Assembly: GCA_046563655.1 (NCBI GenBank) | Contig: CM102284.1 | Coordinates: forward strand, 3,596,001-3,660,000 | DNA: 64,000 nucleotides | DNA from: Yuukianura sp. NJ FZ-2021 | Taxonomy: Eukaryota | Direction: 5' to 3' | Part shown: in pieces, positions 19,862-32,540 of the stretch | Position numbering within the stretch: the stretch's first letter is position 1 | How the letters are laid out: every line of letters starts with the position of its first letter | The notes under the pieces: model-generated | Seen by the model: only the letters and a program-made list of their open reading frames with translations | Databases searched by the model: none | Told to the model about the DNA's origin: nothing | Program-made: the position numbers and the translations under genes

Positions 19862-22419
19862 ATGACTGGAAACGGACAGCAAGTGCCGGAACTGGGAGGC
19901 GGAAGTACGGGAGATGACAACAGCCAAGATTTTTCTGCCGATGTAAAAGTTAAAGTAGAAGCTGCTGATGGAAATGAAACAATTCCTCAACTTTCGGGTA
20001 CCGGTGATACTGATTTTTCTAAGGATATTAAGGAAGAAGGAGGAATTCGATCAAGTGGAAACGATTCTGACACGAATCAGAATGCTGACTACAGTGATGG
20101 AAGTCAAGATGCCTTAACAGGCATGAAGAAAGGCAAAGACGATGACAAGTAAGAAATATTTCTTGGCTCAGAGTTTAACATTTACTAATTATAATCAACT
20201 CATTACAAATCAAGGCGCCCTTTAAAGTTTAATTCGGGTTCGTAAGTACTGGATGAATACGAAATTAGCAGTGGATGCATAATGATTGGTTTCGTTTGTC
20301 AATTTGATGATGCCAACTAATTCTTGGGTCCGATGTTGGGTATATACTTGTACCATCAACGTTTTCTAGGGTTTTGGAGCGTGCAGTAGTAAGCGATATA
20401 GCGAACATCAAAATCTTTTTTCATTTGTATTTTAGCAGTTTTACATATCCCGATTTAAAATTTTTATGTTTTACTGAAAATATTTTTAAAGTGTACTAAC
20501 TGAAATGACTGTACGTTAAAAAGTTTGTCAGAGACTGCGACTCCCTCAAAAAGTTAACAGTTTACCTATAGTTACGAATTGCCCAGTGGTCGAATGGGTA
20601 TGGCTGGCTGGCGCTGGAACTGACGAAGTTTGAAGAGCTCAGTATCTATGTATTCTTACAAATGTAATTAAGTTAATGTTAATTTGATATAATTTAATGC
20701 TAAATTACAAAGAGTTAAATGTAGTGTTAAACCAATGGAATCAGAACGGATCTTGGATGCAGGACGGCGTTAGTCAACGGGTATTACATTGATTGATTTC
20801 AACAGTTTCAGGTCCATTTGGAGCGATTTCCAAGCGACCTAGTCCAACTGCCGCGCCCGCGTGGACATCCAGCCTCTTTCCCTATGTCATCGGACACTGA
20901 TCCTTAGCCTCAATTTCTTAGGTTATCCTTTGTTTTCACTGTTGTCGCCATCAAGTTGGACAGATCCATTTATTCTTTCATTTTATCTTCATTTCCAAAC
21001 GTTTTCCTTTCATTCTTCTTGCGCCGGTTCGGCTGTCGGTAATTCGACAACCTGAATCTTATTCTTCAAACGTTTAAGTTAATGGACTACGCTTGCAAGT
21101 GGTGGGATAGCGTTAATGTAAAACTGATGATAATTATAGCGTGTCGAAATTAATACCTTGGTTTAAGTCAACTAACGTTATAACGTCAGTAAATTATAAC
21201 GTTATAACGAACAAACCAAACGTAAGATATAAAATACCTATATTTCATGACAAATTTGATAACGTCGCTTTTCTATAACTTCCGGTTCTAGGCGGAAACT
21301 CTTCGTCGGTGGGTTGAGTTGGGACACAAAGGAGAGTAAGTGAAACATTCAAAAACTAAAGTTAATTACAATTAACTTTACCATTCAGCGAATATAATTA
21401 ACTAATTTGTTTCTTTTTTTTACCAACAGAAGATTTAAAAGAGTATTTTAGCAAATTCGGAGAGGTAGAGGGCTTAACGTACAAGACGGACGCCATAACT
21501 GGACGACCAAGAGGATTCGCTTTTATTATTTTTACTGAACTGAGTTCCGTGGAACAAGTTTTGGCCACTGGCGAGCATGTCATTAACGGCAAGAAAGTTG
21601 ATCCGAAGAGAGCAAAAGCACGTCCAGGGAAAATTTTTGTCGGTGAGTTAAATTTACATTTTATAGACTTTTGTTGTCGTAATTGAAAATGTTATTTTTT
21701 ATTCATGATTCAGGAGGCCTAACGAGTGAAATCAGCAACGAAGAAGTGAAGGATTACTTTGCCAAGTTTGGGAATGTCGTTGACATGGAGGTACCAATTG
21801 ACAAAACGACCAACCAGAGGAAGAACTACTGCTTCATCACCTTCGACGACATTGCTGTGTCGCAGGAACTTTTGAAGAGTCCGAAGCAAACTATATGCGG
21901 CAAGGAGGTACGTTCTTCCAAATAAAATAAACGATACTGGCAAGTATAGTTTAAATAGATACTGGCAGTATCTTATCCATCGTGGTTATTTTTGTACCTT
22001 TCCGTAGGTGGACATCAAACAAGCAGTGCCGATGGCCAAACCGACTCATGGAGGCGGATGGCACGAATCTCATTCGGGCGGTTACCGTGGTCGAGGAAGA
22101 GGTGGTGGCATGCGGGGAAGAGGTAGCGGTTGGGGTGGCGGCGGTTACGGAGCACCAGGTAACTGCTAATCAATTAGTAATTGACATTACTTTTCTATTT
22201 TGTCAACTTAATGTATCCTCTGCAGCGTACTCCTCCTGGGGACACACTGGTTATGGCGTTGGAGCTGATGGATATGGGGGCTACGACTACGAAGGATACT
22301 ACGATGGTTACGACGCGTATGGCGGAGGATACGACACTTACGGAAGAGGATATGGCAGGGGTGGGTACGGAGGGAAAATGCGTGGGGGGAGAGGCGTGCC
22401 AAGACACGCACCGTACTGA
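19862..22419 (+). CDS. sqd: hnRNP A/B-D type RNA-binding protein squid (hrp40)
   Basis: Acidic N-terminus and two RRMs (KLFVGGLSWDT...RGFAFIIF; KIFVGGL...KNYCFITF) joined by the KKVDPKRAKARPG linker. The RGG/Y-rich tail ends in a PY-NLS (RHAPY*). Confidence 0.92.
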
Positions 22420-22831
22420 ATTGTTCTGCGGAGAGATTGAGCTAAACATAGGCGTTTAAAGGGCTGACAAGTAAGTTCATTGTCACCTAATTCTTAAAAT
22501 TAGTAGGTTAGTTGGGAGACTAGTAAGTAGTGGTGGCAAATTGTGTTTGGACTCCGGCTTTCATTCAATGATCAAGTTTAACTGATTTAAATGCTTAAAT
22601 TATTATTTAAAGTTTTTCTCTAAACTTTACATCTCTCAAAAGACTATTAGTTAAACTATTTACAATTTAGTTTCAGATATTAAATATGTTTTAAGTTGAA
22701 TAACGTAATATTTAACTAGGGATTAAAAATCATAAATAGCATGATATAGCATGATTCTGTTTACAAGATGAGACATTCTGGATTAAAATGAATTAGACTT
22801 TAAGATAAAATGCTACACTAAAATCGGTTGA

Positions 22832-22990
22832 GGTAAGGTGTAACGATCGTCATTGTAGCCACACAATGTAGCCACTTTTGCAACTATTAATGTTGCCACT
22901 AAAGGCTTGGTTAGGTTACAGCGGCTACAAATGTTGCCAATCAGGTGTGTGGCTACATTCCGGGTGCAATGAGGATCGTTAATCCTTACC
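22832..22990. mobile_element. MITE copy 1 (non-autonomous TIR element)
   Basis: Approx. 24-bp imperfect TIRs ggtaaggtgtaacgatcgtcattg / caatgaggatcgttaatccttacc, with internal TGTAGCCAC/GTGGCTACA repeats. Confidence 0.8.
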
Positions 22991-23009
22991 TACACCAAAA
23001 AATCTACGT

Positions 23010-26000
23010 TTATCGCCCTTTACGACTGCCCTTCTTGACACATCTTGGGCAATACCAATGTTCATTGGCGTCTGGCGTTTCTTCGATTCCGACACAGGCA
23101 AAGTGGTACCAGTCATCACAGCTATCGCAGCCAATCATCGGACTTCCGTCGTCTTCCCGTCCACAGCCCACGGCAGGACAAATCCAAACTTTTTGACCCT
23201 AGAAATGTAATAACAGTTTCATTGTTACTGGAATCCGGGTCATGTGTGTCATGTTTTGACCTCTATGACTTTATTCTTTTAGAGTTCTGCGATAATGAGC
23301 GTTTCTTTGTTTTGACGTTTCTTTTTCGTTTCGTTATTTGAACAACTTGTCATTGAGTCAAATGGTTTTTGGTTGCAGTTGCGCATCAGTTTAAGTTTGA
23401 GCAAAGATGGAGAGAAAGGGGGAAAATATAAAATAAAAACAAAAATTCAAGCAACGATTGTGACAGGTCTTGCAGCAAAACAAAAATGACAAAAAAATAA
23501 TAATTGAAAATGAAAATAGTGAAAGCTTACGTGCTCATCTATATAAAATCCAACCGTTTCTGTGACGAGTCCAGACTGTTGTGACTGTGACGACGATCCC
23601 TTGGATGACTTGGATTTGGACTTCCCTGACGCACGTCTCTCCGACGACCGCTCGGTGGGTACCACTACCGGAGGAGAAGGTTTCGGTACTGGTACTTTCG
23701 GTAGCTTCGGAGGTCTGCATACAAAAATTGGAACAATTTAAGCAATACTTCACTAAATAGTTAGCAGTACTTTACAACTTTAGTTATTTCTGACCTTGTA
23801 ATGAGAGGTGAAAAGCGTGCCACCTCCGGAGAAGGAGTCCGTGTGCTGACGAGGTCTTCGATTGGTTTAATTGTAATTTTCCTAGCTGGAGCCGGCGGAG
23901 GAGTTTCGGTTCGTTCCGTGACTCGGTTTGCTGGACTATCGACTGGAGTTGAAGCATTAGTGTGTAGTTTTAGTGTCAGTTTCGGTACTGTTGGTTCGAC
24001 ATCTCTGCTGGATTCTTTCCTTTCTTTCTTTTGATGAAGCTGAATCGACACTTTTTCGTCTTTCTTGTGCTGCCGCTCTTTTTCTCGCAGTTTTTCTTTC
24101 TTTTCCTTCTTCTTTTCTTTCTTGATCTCTTTACGTTTCTCCTTCTCTTTCTTGCGTCGCTGCTCCTTCGAAAGATCTTCGTCTAACAGCGCCAATCCTC
24201 CACCACCACCTCCGGATCCTGCTGGCTTCTCAAATCTTTCTTGCTTGACACCATCCCCAGTCATGAGGATAGGAGTAATAGTGATACCCGATGAGGAGTC
24301 GACATGATGCACTGGAAGTGGACTGTGTCGGCCAGAAGTGTGCTGAGTATTAGCTGGAGGTGGCTCGAAGTGGGATGGTGGTTCCTGGGAACTCGTACTG
24401 GGCATATCAATCCGAGTTATTGTGACGGATGCACAAACAGTTGAGGGAATTGGAAGCGATGGGGCTGATCTTCTAGATTCCTTGGAGCTGCTAGAAGGTA
24501 CTGCTGGAGTAATAGTTATAGATGGCGAGAGGGAGGAACCACCGAAGCGCAACGGTGGTGGAGGTCCGAGGTTGGCTGGAACGAGACCGGGACCCATTGA
24601 CATCGGGGAGAGAAACGGCTTGAGGTCGGGTAGCGGCGGAAGAGGCTTGGATACATTTAAGCTAATTTCGGGAATCAGAGACTTTATATCCGTGTAGCGT
24701 CGCATTTTCTTGGATTTGATCGTTTTCAGACTAATTGAAGTATCGCCAAATGAAAATTGCGGGAACGGTGGTATATTTCTATGTTTCTGTTTGATAATTG
24801 CTCGTTCAGGAGGTGGCTCTACCGGAGGAAATTCTATTTTAGGCGAAACGCGAGGAATCGGAACGACTCCGGGAACAAGCCGTTCCCGTTCCCGTTTTTC
24901 TTTCTTCTCTTTTCTAGACTGTCGAACTTCGTCGGATTTCTTTTTCTTCTTTTCATGTGATGCAAGTTCGGCCACAACCGGTTTGGTTTGAATCTCGTCC
25001 TGGAAGGTGCCCTCTTCGCTTGAAATTTCTTCCAGATCCTGTTCCATCTTAACCTCTGTGGTTGGTTCCGGTATCACGGCGGTTTCGGGTTTGTTTTTAT
25101 CCCTTCCGTGATGTTTTACATGCTTCTCGGCATCTCGGGACTTTTTCTTGAAGATTTTCAGCTTATCAGACCGAGCTTCTTTTTCAATGTGCTTCTTGAC
25201 GGGAGGTGGTTCATCTCGGATCTTGGAAGATTCTTTGGGCTTCTTCGACGTATCTGATTTTTGTCTCATTTCGGGTATAATCAATCTGTCCGGTTTCCCG
25301 AACAGTTCGACCTCATCATCCTGGTTCTCTTTTTCAATTTTCTTGACACCTTCAACAATCTTCTTCATTGTCACGCTCTTTTTCTTCTTCTCAACCACAG
25401 GTTCGGGATCAAAGAAGTCTCGATTTGGAGGTGGCCTGGAATCTGGAAGACGACCTTCCCGGGAAGAGCTGAGATAGCCAGACGTCGTCATCATGACTGA
25501 TGAAATTTCACGAAGAGGATGACCTTCTTCTTGCATGAGCATTCTGACCCGTTTCAATGCTGGATTTTCTCCTACGGATCCCCTAAAAAGATAATATGTC
25601 AATGTAAGTATTTGGTGACATCTAATTCGCTCGTATGAAACATGTGAACTTATATAATTACCGTTTAGTAGAGCTAGCAAATGATCGAAAACCGACATCG
25701 ACAGGAACCAGTGCTTGCTGATCTGTAGTATCAGACTCTTTGGGTTGTTCGCCATTCTGGTCTGGCTCCACTTTCACGGGCTTCGGTAGGTCCGAAGTAG
25801 CTGATGTCGACGGGACCGGTTGTGTAGGCGTATTGGGAATGGAGTGCTTTCGTTCATCTTTATCAGTGTTACTCTTTTCAGTAGTTTCTTCTGGAATTTC
25901 CCATGGGGGCATATACTCGTGTATATGGACAGGACGACTTAATACTTCTTTACTCCCGGGCCTTAGGAAGTTGAGATGCGACTGCTTAGGTACTGGAAAC

Positions 26001-26293
26001 TTAGGTGTTGTAAATGGTAACCTCACTGGATCAAAGTTCTGGACATATTCTTCTAGTTCCGGTATGGATAGATTTAGGTCCCGGAACGCTAGGATCACAT
26101 CGCTATGATTTACTTCTGTCCTTCCGTAATGTTCAGCGTATCGGTGACAAGTTTTTCCTATTTGTAGAAGCTGGCGTTTCCATATATCTGCCAAAATATC
26201 AATAGCTGAGGTTTGAGAGGCATCCCAGCCAATCTTCTGGCTCACTGCAGCAACCGATGTTTTGAAAATCTGGTTAATAAATTGATCCGTCAT
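23010..26293 (-). CDS. Taf3: Transcription initiation factor TFIID subunit 3
   Basis: N-terminal BTP/histone fold (AAVSQKIGWD...HRYAEHYGRTE), K/E-rich middle region, and a C-terminal PHD finger VWICP..DDGSPMIGCDSCDDWYHFACVG..WYCPRC with the aromatic-cage residues retained. Confidence 0.95.
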
Positions 26294-27966
26294 TTCTTGT
26301 TCTTCCTTTCTTGAAAATACGGGCGTGGATTAACTTATCTCCAACTTTATGTAGTCTGTATGTTTCTACTTCGGTAATTATCAATGACAGAATAGGTCAT
26401 CTGAAATGAAACCAAAACACGTGTTAATTGTTAAATTCAACTCTTCTTGTAGAAAAAATTTCCAAAATTTCGAACTAAACCTATGAGTACGAATAGGAAC
26501 CCGCTACGTTGTAACTATTCTAATGAGCCTTCCGTATTTAGTAAGTAATACTAGGCAGTATAAGTCAAACATCTTAACGCTACTAACCCCCAATCGCTTT
26601 AAAAACCAGCAGTTTCGAGTTCAATTGAACCATGTCGCAACACATTTGCCAAGAATAACCTGTTAATCGGACAAAAATATTGACTCATTGAACGGAACCT
26701 GTTTTTCTTGAGTCAAATTTTAACAAAGACGATTGACTATAATCGTAAGTTGCCGAACAGCTGAAAGCTGAAACACTTCTGCTGATTGTTAAAGGGAGGC
26801 GGATTTTTAAGAAAAACCCGTAATCTTACATATGTAATTAAAGTCAGTAAAAAACGTAAACAAAAGTTACCCCCTCCAATCAGCATTCAGCAAGCTTGAG
26901 CGCTATAACCGAACAATCAAATCCACGTTAGAAAAGTACACAAAGTGGAAACCAGATAGAAATTTTTCACTATTTTATTTAGGTTCTGAAGAATTGAATT
27001 CTTTAGGTGTATGTGTTTGTAGATACCCATACATACGGATCATGCATTACTACAAAACTCACCACAAAATAGAGACCCGCTACCCGCTTTGCTTTGGCAC
27101 GGTAAACTCTGCAGGCACTTAACGCAAGTGCAGTCTTTCGCCTTTATTGATGTGGACAGAGCAAAAAATGAATTGGCATTCGTGGTGTTCGACAGGTCCT
27201 CATCGAATATGGACACACGATCAACCATACCATAACATAAGGTTGGTTACACACTTTGGACCAGTTTCTTAACAATGAGCGATGATTAATTGAATTCGAA
27301 ATAGAAATCTAGTTTGTTTGTAAACTGAAACGGTATATAAAGATGTTAATAAAATTCTTGGAATGAAATGTTGTTGAGGAGTGTAATCCTGTCCTATTTG
27401 GCATTTGTGTCAAATACCATGCAAAATTGAGAGGAGAGAGAGCAGAGTTCCGTTTTAGAAGTCAAAGTTGGAGTTTGTTAGATTAGATTAGACAGATTAG
27501 GTACCTGAGGAGACTGTTATGGCGCTTTAGGTTAGCCCAAGGGAACATGCTGTCGTCGTCTGGAGTGTTTGTACTTGTCCAGTCAAAACATCGGTAGCCA
27601 CCAACGTCGCCAGTTAGTTAACACACTGCTGTTTCCTATTCACTACGCCCACTGCAGCACAAGACAAAAATCACACCTTAAAAGCCACTTCCTTCATCAA
27701 GTATTGGCTATTTCCAGTAATTCCAGTTACAGACGGGTAAGATAACAAATTGGTATTCCCTGGATTATTTACATCATCAGCTGTTTTTGGGGAAGTTTAG
27801 ACAAATCAATTGTTTTGATTTGATTTATCCACTGGTTGTTTACCTTGCTAATTACTTGCGTGCTGAGCTGAATCTATTGAATTTTTTATGAAATAGGAAA
27901 CCAAACCCACTGCTGAAGTTGCGACGGTAGGGGCCTGGGACTCAAGTTAATTGGAATTTTAAGAAA

Positions 27967-29633
27967 ATGGGCACGTTTGGCACGCCTACATCGATACGAT
28001 TTCTGATTAATGTTCAGCGGTACTGCGGTTCTCGATACGGATTATCTAGTGGTACAAGGACTGCCATAACATGTAGAACTGAATACGATACTGTGGCTGT
28101 CGTTAGATGTTTGCATGGAAAATCCAATATCGGTGGATCATTACCATTGCTTCAAGGCGACAGAAAAAGGCGCTCATATCTGTCTTCTATTTCGGTATGC
28201 ACATAAGTCAAAATTATGTCCGTAAAAAGTAATTTGGTAAATTGTGACTTCGGTTTTTCAGCGGTATAACTCAACTAGTCACCCAGACACACCAGAAAAC
28301 GCTGCCCAAAAGGATTCAACTAATCCTAGCTCATCTTCTAAAGGAACTGACACCAGTTTTAACCGTCCTGGGTCATCTTTACCTGTTTTAGAAGGCAAGT
28401 TATTCAACTTCGTTGTGCATTGGTTCATAATTAACAGGTTTATCAAAACATTTGTTTCAGAGGGTGTAACAGTAATTTACTTCCGGGGCCTTCCGCAAAT
28501 TACTGTTCCACTTCCATCGCGCCGAGAAAAATGTCGTTTCATTCTGAAACCATTAACAAACACCGTTGGAGACTTGTTACACATGATTCAGCACGAAGAC
28601 AGAGGAATCGACAGAGTCATTGCTTTGTCACAAGGTATAATCTTGTAAAGACGTTTCTTTCAAATACAAATTACTTCTGGACCAAACACCGACATCTTAA
28701 CTAATTTTTTCTTGTAAGATGGTACAAGAATAGCCGCTTCCAATACAATTGAAATGCTGATGGAGCAGGATTTTCATTTGGCCATAAATGAGACTGTTTA
28801 TCTTGTTCACACGCCACCTCAAGAGAAGCCTTCTGAAGTAAGCATCTATAAATTACGTTTTCAACCACAAATTCTCAAATTCATTGTTTTTTATAGGAGG
28901 AACTGGAACGTCTATCCTCGGTTAGAAATTTGGTGGGCCAGTTGTACGCTGCTCTGAACGTAGATGAACATCAACTGCGACGAGAGAGAGAACTGGTTGC
29001 GGAGCTAGAAATGCTTCGGATGGAGTTGGGACCACTGGAAGAGAAGAAGGAACAGCTCTCTAACCTGTCACTGAAAAAGACAAATTACCTGACGTGGGTG
29101 GGGTTAGGCCTTATGTCAGTACAGTTCGGAATTTTAGCACGACTCACTTGGTGGGAGTACTCCTGGGACATAATGGAACCCGTCACTTACTTCGTCACTT
29201 ACGGTACCGCCATGCTCGCCTATGCGTATTTCGTCGTAACAAAACAAGTGAGCTGCACAACAACAACCGAAATATACGATCAGTATATTTTGTTATTCAA
29301 TTCTGTAACACATATTGTGCGTTACTTTAGGATTACGTTCTACCAGAAGTACGTGACCGCCAATACCTAATTACTTTTCACAAGAAAGCGAAACAAATTG
29401 GGCTCGACGTAGACAAGTACAATGAACTCCGGACGAAAGTTTCCAAAATTGAAAACGACCTGCAGCGATTGAGAGATCCTCTGGCGCTTCACTTACCACT
29501 CAAGACCCGAACCTCATTTTCAGATTTCAGCGGTCCTTCGTCGCCCAATTCTTCGCAGTGCATTATTGGCAAAGCTCAGCAGAAGTTTCAAGAAATTCTC
29601 CAGAAAGCACAAAAGACTTCCCAAAGCACCTAA
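27967..29633 (+). CDS. MCU: Mitochondrial calcium uniporter
   Basis: N-terminal domain [18 protein letters not shown] and two TM helices flanking the selectivity filter [15 protein letters not shown]. The C-terminal coiled coil ends RLRDPL and is followed by an approx. 45-aa extension. Confidence 0.96.
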
Positions 29634-30120
29634 GCAGTCACACTATTTCGGTAACGGTGCTTTAAACCCGCACACACACAAAAATCTTTAGTATTAACTG
29701 CGTAATCTCTGTAGTACTGTGGACAAACTCGTGTCTTGTTACCTTGTACATCTATTTCATGACTAACTACTGTACTTAACTTCTAGAATTAGAATGTAAT
29801 CAATCGATGACTTAGACGACAACAGTGGACCATTGTCTCCACGTTAGGACTTTACTGCATCGTTGCACGTGGAATCTAAAGTGCCCATTGACATTGACTA
29901 AATTACAGCCTCTTCATAATAATGTTTGTCTTTCGCTACTTTGAGTGAATGGGGAATGCTTGCAAGTTGTAACGTTGGTGGTTGTAAATTGTACTTGTGT
30001 AATGTTGTAAAATGGTAAACGTACTCCAGGTGTTGTATGGTACTTAGGCTTTTGTGATATTTATTTGGTTAAGCCGAAACCTAAAATCTTATGTTAACTA
30101 GTTTTTAGTTGATTACATTA

Positions 30121-30238
30121 TATTGTAGCCACACAAGGTAACCACCGACGCCATTTTTGTAGCCACCCTGTGCTTACACAGGGCGGATTGCAAAAAAAAA
30201 GCTGAGTACATGCAGAAGTGGCGTCTGTGGTTACAATA
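30121..30238. mobile_element. MITE copy 2 (shorter palindromic core of the same family)
   Basis: tattgtagccaca / tgtggttacaata inverted ends and internal gacgccattt / aagtggcgtc. Shares ttgtagccacacaa with copy 1. Confidence 0.6.
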
Positions 30239-30478
30239 GATGCAATTTAGGTGTACCCCAACCGATAAGTTGAATCTTTTATTTTTAAGCCGATCCAGAA
30301 ACGGGTTACGTTTTGTGTTGTAGTTAAAATTTTCCAGAAATGTACTGAATTGCTCTTAAACTTATTCGTTATGTCCACGCACAAGACATGTTAAAACTAT
30401 TCTTAATTCTAACTTTAGTAAGTCAACCAACTAACTGCAATTAAGACAAGGTTATGCAAAGTTGCAGGATTAGAATTA

Positions 30479-31040
30479 TATATATATGTTTATTGGGGGG
30501 AGCAGTCACCTATATTTAGGTGACTGACTCACGCTGAGCATTCGCTTATATGGAATATTTCAACATCAACCCCTTTAGAAACAGCGTTATTTTTTGTCCT
30601 TTCTGAGCAAACACACATTATGATAATCTGAATGTTATCACCCTACGGAGGTCGTCCGTATTTCGATAAACAAATCAGATTGAATGAGTGTTTTTTGCTT
30701 AATGGACTGGTTCAAGGAGTAGTAATCAGTAAACACCAACATCTGCGAAGCTCTTACCTGCTCCATGCGATGATCACAGACCTCTGACTCAAGGTCAGCT
30801 TGGTACTGTGACCACAGCAGGCAGTTCTTGCAGATGCGGTGCCCCCGACACTCTCCTTTATCTTGGGGTGTCCACACAGCAGCCGCAGGAAAGGCAGAAG
30901 TCCAGCACTTGCCTCCCTGCTTCGGGACAGGGAGGACCCACGGCCTCGACTTCTTTTTCCTCTCCCGCTGACTGGGTGCGAACCCAGGCCGGCCAGTGGA
31001 AAAGCATTGATGGCTTAACCACTGAGCCAACTCGCCCCAT
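30479..31040 (-). mobile_element. tRNA-derived SINE with 13-bp target-site duplication
   Basis: The head GGGGCGAGTTGGCTCAGTGGTTAAG carries an A box, followed by a B box (GGTTCGCACCC). The 3' end has a stem-loop (30503-30526), AATAAA and a (TA)n tail. Flanked by the direct repeat AGGATTAGAATTA at 30466-30478 and 31041-31053. Confidence 0.88.
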
Positions 31041-31665
31041 AGGATTAGAATTAGTTATGATAGTTAGAGAGCTTGAGCAATTGAGAAACAACGCAGAAAC
31101 TGAAAATTGAAGCTGTAAAACAGATCTTAATCAATCCTAAAGTTGAAATAAGTAACTGAAAACCCTAAGCTTTTCAAGAAATTTATGAATACTCAACTGT
31201 TATTTACAAATGGCAAAATGGCTTTAAGCTCTGTGGCTGTAACCATTTAATTGCATTACGAATTATTATAATTACTGTTGAAATTTAAATATTTAATTTC
31301 CAAAAGTTGATTACTTTTAAGTCAAATTCAGTCTAATTCAAAATTATATTGGTGCCCAGAGGTTCCAGTCCTTCCTAAATATTAACTTGTCTTAAAATTA
31401 GGTATTTAGCAAATTGTGGTTAACTGTGCTTAAGACGTTAGGAAATTGGAGAAAAATTAACTCAAAAGTGTAACATCCATTGTTGAATTGCTGTTCTTGT
31501 TAAGAATTCTGTAATAAAATTATTACTTAACTCACAGTACATAAACAATAGATACTTATGATTTTTTTGTTATATAAGTTATAAATTGCTAATTTCTTTT
31601 ATGTTTTCAGGAAATACTGGAGATTGAACACCAAAAGTAATTGCTAGTTGCATTGCGTCACCACC

Positions 31666-32216
31666 ATGGCAAGGACGAATGAATCTTCTTCAAGGCCGTG
31701 TAACCACTGGGTGAGTACATACGTTCCCGTTTTTGCAGTGAATTAATATCCTGTTCATTGTTGTACAAGTTTCACAACTGCAATTACAAAACTAACTAAT
31801 TGGTTACGGTACGTTTGAGCTAAGGCTCTGTACACATCGAAATTTGCTAAAAACAACAACATAAGCAAATGTTTTGTGTAAGCCAACCATGCCTTTACGA
31901 GTTTACGAATGTTTTGTTTGTGCACTCTTGCACGGAAAGTAAATTGCAAATTGCTTTGAGTAAAAATGGTTTTGATTTTTACCAAAAACTGTTAAATAGG
32001 TGCAATTAAACTTGAACGATTTCTTAAAATGATTTTTATAAAATTGTTGTTTTTAGGTAGGTGACCTTGAGAGGGCGTCACCATGTTACGGATGCTTCAG
32101 AAGCCATTGTTCTCTGGGCAGTTTGGACTCTTACACAGGAAACTGGACGAAAAACAGAAGTACTCGTTAACCTTTTCAGGTTGGGCAGGCACAGGCGACA
32201 TGAGTACAAGCGGTAG
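31666..32216 (+). other. Candidate spliced small ORF or non-coding transcript
   Basis: Acceptor at 31610, Kozak-like CCACCATGG at 31666, donor TGG|GTGAGT at 31710, and tandem acceptors at 32056/32060 giving 52- or 66-aa peptides. Confidence 0.3.
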
Positions 32217-32414
32217 TGTCAGGAAGGAATGTGAACAATGGGAAGACAGCGTTTCCTAGAATTGTGGAATCTAAAGATGAGATCTTTTACTGCTGAAATG
32301 GAAAATCTAGAAGATCACTTAAGAATAATACATGGACCAAGATTCCGCATCCTTTGACCCTTGGGATATGTTGAATCATCACCTCAAATCAACTAACTAC
32401 TGGATTCTATTCCT

Positions 32415-32420
32415 TATAAA
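32415..32420 (+). promoter_or_regulatory. TATA box of the Gly/His-rich gene
   Basis: TATAAA about 30 nt upstream of an Inr-like TCATT and about 125 nt upstream of the ATG. Confidence 0.6.
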
Positions 32421-32540
32421 TAAGACAATAGCTGTTGGCATCGATTCATTTCTACTGTGCAACTCACCTCAACTCATAGTCTTCTAACAAAGTCACCAAT
32501 TCCAGATCTACCATCAAGTTTTTTGGATTCGCATTTCAAA

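Noticed and set aside
30638..31110. ORFs within the SINE, and a possible tRNA gene
   Set aside because: The ORFs are a by-product of GC-rich sequence. The head lacks a proper acceptor stem and is part of a TSD-flanked element.
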